DNA from: an uncultured delta proteobacterium | GTDB taxonomy: Bacteria; Myxococcota_A; Polyangia; Polyangiales; Polyangiaceae | DNA length: 64,000 nt | Direction: 5' to 3' | Assembly: GCA_963716725.1 (NCBI GenBank) | Contig: CAVQUB010000009.1 | Span: 288,001-352,000, forward strand | Shown: positions 38,763-48,731 of the stretch, in pieces | Position numbering within the stretch: position 1 is the stretch's first letter | Layout of the letters: the number at the start of each line of letters is the position of its first letter | Made by a program: the position numbers and the translations under genes | The notes under the pieces: generated by a model | What the model saw: the letters and a program-made list of their open reading frames with translations, nothing else | Database searches by the model: none | What the model was told of the DNA's origin: nothing

Positions 38763-38794
38763 AGGGGCGCCCCACCGCCCCTCGGCGCCCCTGC
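38761..38794 (-). terminator. Hairpin downstream of recA
   Basis: Perfect 11-bp stem GCAGGGGCGCC/GGCGCCCCTGC; no clear U-tract. Confidence 0.45.
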
Positions 38795-38815
38795 TCTCCT
38801 GTTGGTGGCGCCGGC

Positions 38816-40011
<1,196 letters not shown>

Positions 40012-40118
40012 CTGCGCCTCCCGAACCTGTTCGCTTTCGACACTGGTCCCTGCGGTCGAGAGCCCAAAGGCTCCCACCGAAGGGCGGTCTCGGCACCGCG
40101 CCGAGCATCGATGTGCGA

Positions 40119-40147
40119 CAGATACTGTGCGGCTGTTCAGATGTCAA
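40119..40147 (-). promoter_or_regulatory. recA sigma70 promoter with LexA (SOS) box in the spacer
   Basis: TTGACA (40147-40142) - 17 nt - TATCTG; the spacer contains CTG-N10-CAG (CTGTGCGGCTGTTCAG, 40125-40140) with the GTTCAG half-site of the Myxococcus LexA box. Confidence 0.75.
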
Positions 40148-40181
40148 CTGATCGCCTCGGCGGGTCGGACGTTGCCTGTCC

Positions 40182-40634
40182 TCAGGGAGGGCAGCTCTGC
40201 CCGAAGGCCGGCTGTGGGCACTTCAGGTAGTCCAGCAACGTGGATTTCTGCGCCGCGGAAAGCGGCTCCACGGGGCCGTCCTTCACCGAACCCGCGCAGG
40301 AAGTGCCCTCGGCGCAATAGGGCATGAAGTCGGTCTTCACGGCCTTGAACGCGGCCTCGTAGAGGGGCCCGCCGTAGTCCGCGAGCAGGTCGGCGTAGAC
40401 CAAGAGCGGGAAGGGCGCGCCGTTCGTTGCCGGGCTCTGGTGGCAGCGTTGGCAGCGGGTCTTCATGATCTCCGCGACGTCGCAGGGCAGCTCGGCGTTG
40501 GGCTCGAGCTCGAGGTTGCAGGCGGTCCCGGCGTCCGGGATCGGCCCGGGGCCGGCTCGATCCACGGCGGGGTCGTGATCGGCGCAGGCGCCGAGTGCCA
40601 TCAAAGCCATGCCAAAGAATCGAAGCGCTCTCAC
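40182..40634 (-). CDS. Lipoprotein with single CxxCH motif (putative c-type cytochrome)
   Basis: Lipobox LGAC; LPCDV...CQRCH..P..GAPFPL; MP as possible axial Met. Confidence 0.7.
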   Translation of the reverse strand: MRALRFFGMALMALGACADHDPAVDRAGPGPIPDAGTACNLELEPNAELPCDVAEIMKTRCQRCHQSPATNGAPFPLLVYADLLADYGGPLYEAAFKAVKTDFMPYCAEGTSCAGSVKDGPVEPLSAAQKSTLLDYLKCPQPAFGQSCPP

Positions 40635-41236
40635 AAACAGGCCGCGGTGGGATTGAGCTTGGCGTGGTCGCAGTGCGTCGAGGGGTCCATGGATGCTGCG
40701 GTCGCGTGATAGATGCGACAGAAGAGGCTGTCACCGGTCTTGGTCCCGGTGTCGTAGCCCGCGGTCGTGGCGCCAGAGATGGTGGCGCAGGCGGTCACGC
40801 AGTCGCTCGCGCTCGCGTAGGAGCCGGCGCAATGTTTGATCATCAAGCTGCAGTAGCCGTCGCAGTTGGTGCCGCAGGCGCCATCACCCGCAGGACCTGC
40901 CTGCGGGCATTGAGAGGGCGTTGCCTTCGCTTTGCTGGCGCGGAGGGCGCGGCACTCGAGGCTGTTGCCGCTTTGATCGCCCGGGGTCCCCGCCGGAAAG
41001 GAGCTGCAGCTCTCGAGACACATGTCTTTGGCACCGTACTGCGCGCTCGCGCCGGTGCAGGCCGCCATGATCGTGTCGCAGTAAGCGGCGCAGGTGGCGG
41101 GCCCACCACCGCCAGCGCCCGCGGCACCGCCAGTGCCTGGGCTGCTGGCGCTGTCGTCATCGCCGCACCCCGCACCCAGTCCTCCGCCGAGCACCGCGCA
41201 CAGAAACCCGCCCCAGCCCCAGATCGAACCTCGCAT
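40631..41236 (-). CDS. Cys-rich lipoprotein (two C..YC..C..Y....C...C...G...G.SL.CR repeats)
   Basis: Lipobox GAGC; GTGA overlap with the downstream gene. Confidence 0.75.
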   Translation of the reverse strand: MRGSIWGWGGFLCAVLGGGLGAGCGDDDSASSPGTGGAAGAGGGGPATCAAYCDTIMAACTGASAQYGAKDMCLESCSSFPAGTPGDQSGNSLECRALRASKAKATPSQCPQAGPAGDGACGTNCDGYCSLMIKHCAGSYASASDCVTACATISGATTAGYDTGTKTGDSLFCRIYHATAASMDPSTHCDHAKLNPTAACL

Positions 41237-41286
41237 GCGCCGGAGCATGTGGCCGCCGATCCGAGGTTGTCAACGCCGCCGGCGGG

Positions 41287-42612
41287 TCAATACGGGTTCT
41301 TGCGCGGCGCTTCGGCGACAGCCGTCGACGCGGGTCGCTGGGCCTTGGGCAACTTCTTCTTCACGCCGAGCGCGCGCGCTGTCGCGGTCACCAAGTCTGG
41401 CTCTTCGCCGGACGGGTCGAGCAGCACGCGGGGCGCATCGACTACGGGGTCGGCGCTTCGAGGCAGCTCCGCGGCGGCCACCGGAGGCGCCAGCTCGCGT
41501 CGCTCGGGCACCGAGCTTGCCGCTATTGCCACGCCCATCGCCAGGCCCACGGCGGTGCCACCGATGGCGCCCCCCACCATCAGACCCCCGGGCGGCGCCC
41601 GTCGCGTGATGAACTGCCAGCAACGCACGCCAACCGGAAAGGCCGTCGACGGAAGTCGCGCGCCCTTTGGAAGGACGCCGATGGAGACGCTTGGCTGGAT
41701 CGACGACAAGCGATCGGTGGCTCGGCGCATCTGTCCGCCAACGCGGCTCGGATGCGAGAGCGCCCTCGCGACTCCCTCGAGTACCTCCGCGACTTCGAGG
41801 GCGGACTGCACTCGGGCCTCACGATCCTTGACCAGGCAGCCTTCCACCAGGCGCGCGAGCACCGGATCGACGCGCGGACGCGTCTGCAACACCGGTACGT
41901 GGGGAGCGCTGATGATGGCGAGCATCAGCGCGTTGTAGTTGGAGCCGCGAAAGGGCGGAGCGCCAGTCAAGCACTCGTACAGGAGGACCCCGAGCGTCCA
42001 CACGTCGGTGCGCGCGTCTACGTTTTCGGCGCCACGCGCCTGCTCCGGGCTCATGTAGGCGGGGGAGCCGAGCACCGCGCCGCTCCCGGTCTTGACCCGG
42101 GCTTCCAAGCCCGGGCTCAGGATTTTGCTCACGCCAAAGTCCAGGATCTTGGGCAAGGGTTCGCCACCGTGGGCGTCGGTCGCCAGGAAGACGTTGGCGG
42201 TGGACAGGTCACGGTGCACGACGCCAGCACGGTGCGCGAGCTCGAGACCCCGGGCGATCTGCGACAGGACGATGGAGGTGGTGAGATCGCCGAGGGCACC
42301 CTCTCTCGCGATACGCGACTCGAGACTCTCGCCGGCCAGCAGCTCCATCACCAAGAAGGGTTGGCCGCCGGGCTCATGACCGACGTCCACCACGTCCACG
42401 ATGCTCGGATGGCGCACCCGGCTGGCGGCCTGCGCTTCTTGGAAGAAGCGTTTCACCGCCTCGTCGTTGTCCGCCAGGGCGGGCAGGATGAATTTGATGG
42501 CGAAGTCCCGCCGCATCAAGACGTTGGTCGCCGCCCACACCTCGGCCATGCCGCCGATGCCCAGGCGCCGGACGAGTCGGTACTTGCCTGCGAGCAGGTC
42601 TCCGGGATCCAC
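41287..42612 (-). CDS. Membrane Ser/Thr protein kinase
   Basis: GIGGMA, FAIK, HRDLSTAN, DFG, SPE; ends KNPY. Confidence 0.93.
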   Translation of the reverse strand: MDPGDLLAGKYRLVRRLGIGGMAEVWAATNVLMRRDFAIKFILPALADNDEAVKRFFQEAQAASRVRHPSIVDVVDVGHEPGGQPFLVMELLAGESLESRIAREGALGDLTTSIVLSQIARGLELAHRAGVVHRDLSTANVFLATDAHGGEPLPKILDFGVSKILSPGLEARVKTGSGAVLGSPAYMSPEQARGAENVDARTDVWTLGVLLYECLTGAPPFRGSNYNALMLAIISAPHVPVLQTRPRVDPVLARLVEGCLVKDREARVQSALEVAEVLEGVARALSHPSRVGGQMRRATDRLSSIQPSVSIGVLPKGARLPSTAFPVGVRCWQFITRRAPPGGLMVGGAIGGTAVGLAMGVAIAASSVPERRELAPPVAAAELPRSADPVVDAPRVLLDPSGEEPDLVTATARALGVKKKLPKAQRPASTAVAEAPRKNPY

Positions 42613-42674
42613 GCGATGATTTCAGCGGAGGGCGACCCTCGCGGCCAAGATCTTCGCTGCGGCGGCAGCTGCGC

Positions 42675-43814
42675 TCAGGACTGACCGGCGGCCGCCAGCT
42701 GCTGCTGTTGCTGCTGGAGGAACTGAGCGACCGCGCGCGATCGCTCGATGGCAAACTGCTTTACTTCGCGGTTCGACGAGCCTGCCAGCGCGTTCAAGAG
42801 CTTCGTCACCTTGTCGATCTGACGAGCTTGGAACAACGCCTCGAAATAATTGTTGGCGAGACGCACGTCGTTCACCATGGAGTTTTCGTGCTTGGAGAGC
42901 AGGCCGATCACCTGGTCCAGGTCGCCCGACTGTCCATAGAGCGCGGACAGCGAGATCAACGCGAGAGTGTCCTTCTCGTTGCGCGCGACGGCCTTCTTCG
43001 CGAGCTCGATGGCCTTGTCGCGAGTGCTCTCTTCGCCGGAATAGAAGCCCTGGAGCGCGACGTAAGGCGCAGACGAACGCTTGTGCGTCTCGGCGTCGGC
43101 CAAGTCGGCCACGGCCTTCAGCGCCGCCTCTTCGTTCTCGTTCTCGCGGACGTGCGCGTAGAGGTAGGCCCAGGCGTCGACGCAGCCGGTGTCGGTGTTG
43201 ATCGCTCGCTGAATCCACTCGCGCTCGGCGGCCTTGTCGGCCTTGCCCTTCGAGACCTTGGCCAGGTGCAGGGCGGGGTACGGGTTGTCCGCCATGAGAT
43301 TGAGCGCTCCCTTGAGGGTGGCCTCGGCCTTGTCCCACTTCTCTTGCTGCATCTGCGCGATGCCGAGACCCAGCCAGTCCTCGCCGGTACCGCCCGACGC
43401 GACGACCTTCGCCAGCACCTTTTCGGCGCGCTCGAAGCGATTGTATTTCATCAGCTCCTGGGCGAAGAGCCGGCCGCGGTTCAGATCGTCCTTGTTCTCG
43501 CTCCAGTGTTTCTCGAGACCCGAGAGCAGATCTTCGAGGCCGATGGCGATCGGACGACCCTCTGCATCCTGCACCTGCACCGCGGGGCCGTTGAAGCCGA
43601 GCAGCTTCCACATCTGCTCGACCTCCATGGCGACGGGGCCGTTCTTGATCGACTCGAGCAGCTCGTCGGAGGGCTTCGAGAGCGGCAACACCACGAGCGC
43701 GTTTCCGGGAACGCCTCCGGGGAAGGCGCTGACCGGGGCGACGATGGCGGCGCCACCTTGGAGCTGGAGGTTGGTGGGCTGTTCGGCGGCACCAGGCAGA
43801 TTGGGCTGAGTCAT
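42675..43814 (-). CDS. TPR-repeat protein
   Basis: Repeated helical TPR patterns; GAGAGG RBS; strong codon bias. Confidence 0.8.
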   Translation of the reverse strand: MTQPNLPGAAEQPTNLQLQGGAAIVAPVSAFPGGVPGNALVVLPLSKPSDELLESIKNGPVAMEVEQMWKLLGFNGPAVQVQDAEGRPIAIGLEDLLSGLEKHWSENKDDLNRGRLFAQELMKYNRFERAEKVLAKVVASGGTGEDWLGLGIAQMQQEKWDKAEATLKGALNLMADNPYPALHLAKVSKGKADKAAEREWIQRAINTDTGCVDAWAYLYAHVRENENEEAALKAVADLADAETHKRSSAPYVALQGFYSGEESTRDKAIELAKKAVARNEKDTLALISLSALYGQSGDLDQVIGLLSKHENSMVNDVRLANNYFEALFQARQIDKVTKLLNALAGSSNREVKQFAIERSRAVAQFLQQQQQQLAAAGQS

Positions 43815-43969
43815 TGGAACACCTCTCTCGGGACCTGCGCGCGCGCGGCCCGAGCCGCGGCACGGGCCAGACGGCTCCCCGGTTCGGGGGGGCGGAAGCT
43901 AGCAGCGGGCGCGGTGCCGGGCAACGGGACTCGACAACCCCGCGGGGATGAGCGAAAACGGGAGAATCA

Positions 43970-44485
43970 ATGCAGAAAACGGCCGCGACCCTGATCACCG
44001 TGGTGGGCGCGTTGCTCGCTCACGTCGCGGAGGCTCGCGCGGACCAGCTGGTGATCAAGCACCCCGGCCGACACCCGGACTACAGCGTCGAGGTCGAGCC
44101 GCATTTCTTCTTCGGATTCGATCCTCCAGGCGCGAAGGCGAGCAAGGGCTACGGCCCCGGACTGCGCGCCACCATCGAGCTCGTCGACAACGGGTTCATC
44201 AAGACGATCAACAATACGGTGGGCCTGGGCTTCGGCTTCGATTGGATCGCGTTCCAGAGCAAGCACCAGGCGGTGTGGGTGCCCGTGGTGATGCAGTGGA
44301 ACTTCTGGCTCAGCCGGAGCTGGAGCGTCTTCGGCGAGCCCGGTGGCGGCTTCTGGCTGGGCAACGCCAAGGGGATCCGGCCCGCCTTCTACGGCGGCGG
44401 CCGTTTTCACTTCAGCGACAAGATCGCACTGACGGCGCGCGTTGGCTTCCCAGCGCTGAGCCTGGGCGCGTCCTTCGTGTTCTGA
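43970..44485 (+). CDS. Small outer-membrane beta-barrel-like protein
   Basis: Signal peptide ARA-D; amphipathic strands; terminal Phe. Confidence 0.7.
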   Translation: MQKTAATLITVVGALLAHVAEARADQLVIKHPGRHPDYSVEVEPHFFFGFDPPGAKASKGYGPGLRATIELVDNGFIKTINNTVGLGFGFDWIAFQSKHQAVWVPVVMQWNFWLSRSWSVFGEPGGGFWLGNAKGIRPAFYGGGRFHFSDKIALTARVGFPALSLGASFVF

Positions 44486-44569
44486 ACCGGGCGCCCAGGC
44501 CACGAAAAGCCCAATCTGAGCGGGCCAACGTGGCGGGTCGCGGCCGGGAAGGCTATAGAAAACCCTCCG

Positions 44570-45583
44570 GTGACCATCCTCATCAGCATCCTCGGCCTGG
44601 CCCTTCTGATGGTGATTCACGAAGGCGGACATCTGCTGGCGGCACGGGCCTTCGGCATGCGCGTGATCCGATTCAGCATCGGCTTCGGGCCCGCGCTGTG
44701 GAAGCACCAACCGCGCGGCAGCGATACCGTGTACCAGATCGCGCTGATCCCCTTTTTGGCCTACGTGCAAATTGCCGGGATGAACCCCCTCGAGGAGATC
44801 GATCCCGACGACAAGGGCAGCTACGCCAACGCCTCGCTCCTGGGGCGCATCTCGGCCATCGTCGCCGGGCCACTGGCCAACTACCTGTTTGCCTCCGTGT
44901 TCTTCTTCGTGGCGTTCTTGATTGGCGGTGAACCGACCCGAATCCACGTGATGAAGGAGGGCGCGGCCGAGCGCGCTGGAATGCAGAACGGCGACAAGGT
45001 GCTCAGCATCGACGGCACCAAGATCGAGCGCTGGGAGCAGATCCCCGAGCTGGTACTGCCGCGCGCAAATCAGAAGATGAACATCGTCGTGGATCGGGGC
45101 GGCGAGCAGAAGAGCATCGAGCTCGTGCCCGAGCCCAAGGCGAAGTCCGGTGGCGGCCAGATCGGCGTTCGCCCAGTGTCCGCCGTGCCCGCGCTGGGCG
45201 TAAGAGAAGCCGCCGTCGAGTCCATCATCCACCCCGCGAAGGTCGTCGAGGCGCTGGTCGTGGGGCTGGGCCGAATGATCACCGGTCGAGAGAAGCCCGA
45301 GGTCTCCGGCCCGGTGGGCATCGTGCGAGAGACGAGCCGCGCCGCCGAACAAGGCGCGGCAGAATACCTGTTTTTGCTCGGCCTTTTGAGCGCATATCTG
45401 GGCGGCTTCAACCTGCTCCCATTCCCGGCACTGGACGGCGGCCGCCTGATGTTCTTGTCCTACGAGGCCGTGACACGCCGGCGACCGAACGCCAAAATCG
45501 AGGCCCACGTGCACGCCGTTGGTCTCTTGATGCTTCTGGCGTTGATCGCGGTGGTGAGCGTCTTCGACATCCGCGGAAAGTGA
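44570..45583 (+). CDS. rseP: RIP metalloprotease RseP (M50 + PDZ)
   Basis: HEGGH, FSIGFGP, AGPLAN, PDZ, SGPVGI, NLLPFPALDGG. Confidence 0.92.
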   Translation: MTILISILGLALLMVIHEGGHLLAARAFGMRVIRFSIGFGPALWKHQPRGSDTVYQIALIPFLAYVQIAGMNPLEEIDPDDKGSYANASLLGRISAIVAGPLANYLFASVFFFVAFLIGGEPTRIHVMKEGAAERAGMQNGDKVLSIDGTKIERWEQIPELVLPRANQKMNIVVDRGGEQKSIELVPEPKAKSGGGQIGVRPVSAVPALGVREAAVESIIHPAKVVEALVVGLGRMITGREKPEVSGPVGIVRETSRAAEQGAAEYLFLLGLLSAYLGGFNLLPFPALDGGRLMFLSYEAVTRRRPNAKIEAHVHAVGLLMLLALIAVVSVFDIRGK

Positions 45584-46437
45584 GCGGCTACGTCGAGCTC
45601 CACGGGCGGGGCATGCACTCGGGCGCGCCGACCAGCGTGCGCTTCGATGCGCGCCCCGGCCCCTTGTTGTTTCGGCTGGGACCCGACCAGGCCAGCATCG
45701 AGGAGCTCGAGGTCGTCCGCGCGGATCAGGGCGTCTGCCTGAAGGCGCGTCGCGGAAGCCACGAAGTCGACGTGTGCGAGCATCTGCTCGCGGCGCTCGC
45801 GGGTCTCGGCGTGCGCAGTGGTCTGCTCGTGTCGCTGCCGGGGTCCGAGGTCCCGTTGCTCGACGGCTGCGCGCACGAGCTCGCGCGGGCGCTGTCGCTT
45901 CTCGCGCCGCGGCGCGACCCGCCGCCGCTGGTCGTGGCGCAGCGCGCGGAGATCGTGCATGGCTCGAGCCGGTATCGCTTCGAGCCGGCCGCTGGATTGC
46001 GGCTGGAGGTGGAGGTCGAGTTTCCGGGTGACCCCGCCAGCATGCGCGCCGAGCACAGCGTCGAGGATGTCGGCCACTTCGTGAGCACCATCGCTCGCGC
46101 TCGGACTTTCGGCTTCGAGTCGGACGCTGAGCGGCTGCGAGCCCGGGGACGTGCGCGCCACGTGGACCCGGCCGCGGTCGTGGTCCTCGACGCGCAGGGC
46201 CGGGCCCTGGCCCCTTCGGCGGCGCTGGCCGACGGGGAGCTGGCGCACCACAAGCTCCTCGATCTGATGGGCGACCTGTATTTGTACGGCGGCCCTCCGC
46301 TCGGATGCGTCTGGGCGCGGCGCCCCGGGCACGAAGCGACCCACCGAGTCATGCGGAAAGCCCTCGACCAGGGCGTGCTGGTCCGCGCCCCGGCCGGGCC
46401 TGCCGACGGCCGCGCGGGGGCCGCAAACTACAAATGA
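45580..46437 (+). CDS. lpxC: UDP-3-O-acyl-GlcNAc deacetylase (divergent)
   Basis: G.GMHSG; EHLLAAL; EVPLLDG; IARARTFGF; HKLLDLMGDL; GH. Confidence 0.85.
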   Translation: MSGYVELHGRGMHSGAPTSVRFDARPGPLLFRLGPDQASIEELEVVRADQGVCLKARRGSHEVDVCEHLLAALAGLGVRSGLLVSLPGSEVPLLDGCAHELARALSLLAPRRDPPPLVVAQRAEIVHGSSRYRFEPAAGLRLEVEVEFPGDPASMRAEHSVEDVGHFVSTIARARTFGFESDAERLRARGRARHVDPAAVVVLDAQGRALAPSAALADGELAHHKLLDLMGDLYLYGGPPLGCVWARRPGHEATHRVMRKALDQGVLVRAPAGPADGRAGAANYK

Positions 46438-47150
46438 CCTCGCTCAGGCGCTACGCTTGCCCTCGATGCATCTGCGCAGCGTTGCGATCTCTGCTGGGAG
46501 CCTCCCTGCTCGCGGCGTGTTCGAACCCCAAGGTTCCCCTCGCCGAGGGCCCCCGCGAGTACGCTCCGACCGACTACGAAATCGTGCTCGACCGCTGGAC
46601 TCGCAGCGACAATCTGGTGACCGCGACCGAGCTCGACAACGTGCTGAGCGTCACCGCGACCTACGAGTCGTGGGACTTCCGCTGGGCCTACGTGGTCCGC
46701 TACGCCGACGACTATCGCTTGACCGTCGATCAGCGGCGCTCGTTGCTCGAACGCTCGCTGGCCGAGAGCCGGACCGCGCACACGTTCTACGTCGCCCTCT
46801 ACGCGCAGCGGCACAAGTGGGGCGACCTGATGGCCGACAACCCAGCCTGGATCGTGCGGCTGATCGACGACCAGGGCAACGAGACCGCCCCCGCAGAGAT
46901 CGAAGCGATCAAGAAGCCGGGCGCCATCGAGCGCACCTACTTCCCGTACACGACCCCCTGGCGCAGCGCTTACCGGATCCGTTTCCCCCAGACCCACGGC
47001 GACGGGCGGCCGACGTTGTCGAAGACCGCGAGCTGGATCGGCCTCAGATTCGCGGGAGCGCAAGGCAACCAGGCGCTGGTGTGGGAGGTCGAGCGGCCCT
47101 CTCAGCGAGGCGTCAGCCGGCGAGGATCTCGAGCAATGGCGGCACGCTGA
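46434..47150 (+). CDS. Hypothetical lipoprotein
   Basis: ATGA overlap; lipobox LAAC; strong codon bias. Confidence 0.75.
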   Translation: MTSLRRYACPRCICAALRSLLGASLLAACSNPKVPLAEGPREYAPTDYEIVLDRWTRSDNLVTATELDNVLSVTATYESWDFRWAYVVRYADDYRLTVDQRRSLLERSLAESRTAHTFYVALYAQRHKWGDLMADNPAWIVRLIDDQGNETAPAEIEAIKKPGAIERTYFPYTTPWRSAYRIRFPQTHGDGRPTLSKTASWIGLRFAGAQGNQALVWEVERPSQRGVSRRGSRAMAAR

Positions 47151-48672
47151 CCATCAGCTCGTGCGCCGCGTGGCGCTCCGCGAACAGCAGCAGGGCGCCG
47201 CTGGGGCCGGCGCGGGCGCCCATGGGAGCCACCGACGCCGACATGACCGAGGTGGCGAATAGGAACTCGCCGGGCCCGAGCTCGCCGACCACGTCCTCAC
47301 CCGCAATGAGCTCGATCACTCCTCCGCCGACGATGAACATGCCGGGCACGGGGCTGCCCGAAGTGACGATGCCTTCGCCCGCCATGAATGCCCGGACCTC
47401 GCAGCGACTGGTGACCATCTGGCGCAACGCTTCGTCGAGTCGCTCACCCAGCGGGCCCATGGTGGCGCCAGCGAGAGCTTGAAAGCGATCGGCTACCAGC
47501 CGCAGCTCGTCCGCAACCCAGGGACAGGCCGAGGTCGCGCTCGCGAGAGCCGCCTCGTCCCACACCGCGACCTTGGTGTCGCTCTCGCCGGCCACCACTC
47601 GCAGCGAGACGCTCTCGTCGAAGGTGCCGCGGGTGAAGACCACGTCTCCCACCTGCGCCAGGGCGCAGGGCACGTCGGCAATCGACGCCATGACGCTGGT
47701 CCAACCTTCGACGACCAACGCGACCGCGAACGCGCTCACCTCTTCGTCGACGTCCAAGCTCTCGATCCGAGCGACCCGCACCAACTCGGCCTGGGCCTCC
47801 GGGGGCAGATCCTGCAAACCGGCGACGTCCGCGAGGCTGACGCCTCCGAGGCTCGCTTCCGTGCCCTCGCTCGGAGTCGGTGGGGCCTCGCCGCCGACTT
47901 CAAGCTCGGGGGCCCCGGCCGGGATTTCGTGCGAAGGCGGCCCGGCGGCTGCGCGCAACAATACGTCGAGGTCCTGCTCGCCGTCCCCGTCACCGCCCTC
48001 GAAGGACACCGACCCGAGGATCTCGGCCTCCGTCGTGCTGACGGTCGGAGACGAGTCCGGCGAGGGCATCTCCGACTCGGGCACCGCCCCGGGGCTCACG
48101 GTGGGCGCCTCGAAGACTTCCGCGGGCACGCCAACGGGCGCGGCCCCTATTGGCCTGGGTAGGTGCGGCGGCGGCGGCGCGGATGCCACCTTGGCGGTGG
48201 CCGACGGCGGAGGCGGTGGGCGCGCGCGGCGCCTCTTGCCCTCGGCGGGCAGAGTGGGCGGAGCCACGGGCGGAGGCGGAATGCTCGAGCCCAACCCCGG
48301 CACGCCGGCCGTCGACACGATCTCGGTCGCCACGTCCTCGTCGAACTCGACGTCGATGCTCGCACGAACGTTCGAGGAGGCGGAGCCGAGCAGGCTGTCC
48401 GCGACCGAGGTCTCCGTCTCGACGGGGGCAGGCGGCGAAGCAAACACGTCGTCGACGAGTCGCTCTTCGACGCCGGCGATCTGCGCATTGATCTGCATTG
48501 CGCGCTGCGCGTGGCCGACCTCCATGGCCGACTCGACCGCCCGACGCAGCCACAACACGGCATCGGGTTTCGCACCTCGGCGCCACTGCACGGCGGCCGT
48601 TTGGAGCGCCCACGCGACGTCGTCGTCGTCTTCGTCGAGCGGGATCGGGATCACGTCGTCCGGCGCGGACAT
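47113..48672 (-). CDS. Cyclic-nucleotide-binding-like domain protein
   Basis: C-terminal GE.IV..G....GMFIV.GG...LGPGEF cNMP fold, preceded by a degenerate copy and a Pro-rich linker. Confidence 0.7.
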   Translation of the reverse strand: MSAPDDVIPIPLDEDDDDVAWALQTAAVQWRRGAKPDAVLWLRRAVESAMEVGHAQRAMQINAQIAGVEERLVDDVFASPPAPVETETSVADSLLGSASSNVRASIDVEFDEDVATEIVSTAGVPGLGSSIPPPPVAPPTLPAEGKRRRARPPPPPSATAKVASAPPPPHLPRPIGAAPVGVPAEVFEAPTVSPGAVPESEMPSPDSSPTVSTTEAEILGSVSFEGGDGDGEQDLDVLLRAAAGPPSHEIPAGAPELEVGGEAPPTPSEGTEASLGGVSLADVAGLQDLPPEAQAELVRVARIESLDVDEEVSAFAVALVVEGWTSVMASIADVPCALAQVGDVVFTRGTFDESVSLRVVAGESDTKVAVWDEAALASATSACPWVADELRLVADRFQALAGATMGPLGERLDEALRQMVTSRCEVRAFMAGEGIVTSGSPVPGMFIVGGGVIELIAGEDVVGELGPGEFLFATSVMSASVAPMGARAGPSGALLLFAERHAAHELMVSVPPLLEILAG

Positions 48673-48731
48673 ATTCGGGCCTCGGAATCATAGGCCGACG
48701 GCGCGGCCTGCGGCAAAACGAGCAGCGTCAT

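Noticed and set aside
38448..38815. oriC
   Set aside because: Only one perfect DnaA box and no dnaA, dnaN or gid neighbours; kept only as a candidate DnaA site.
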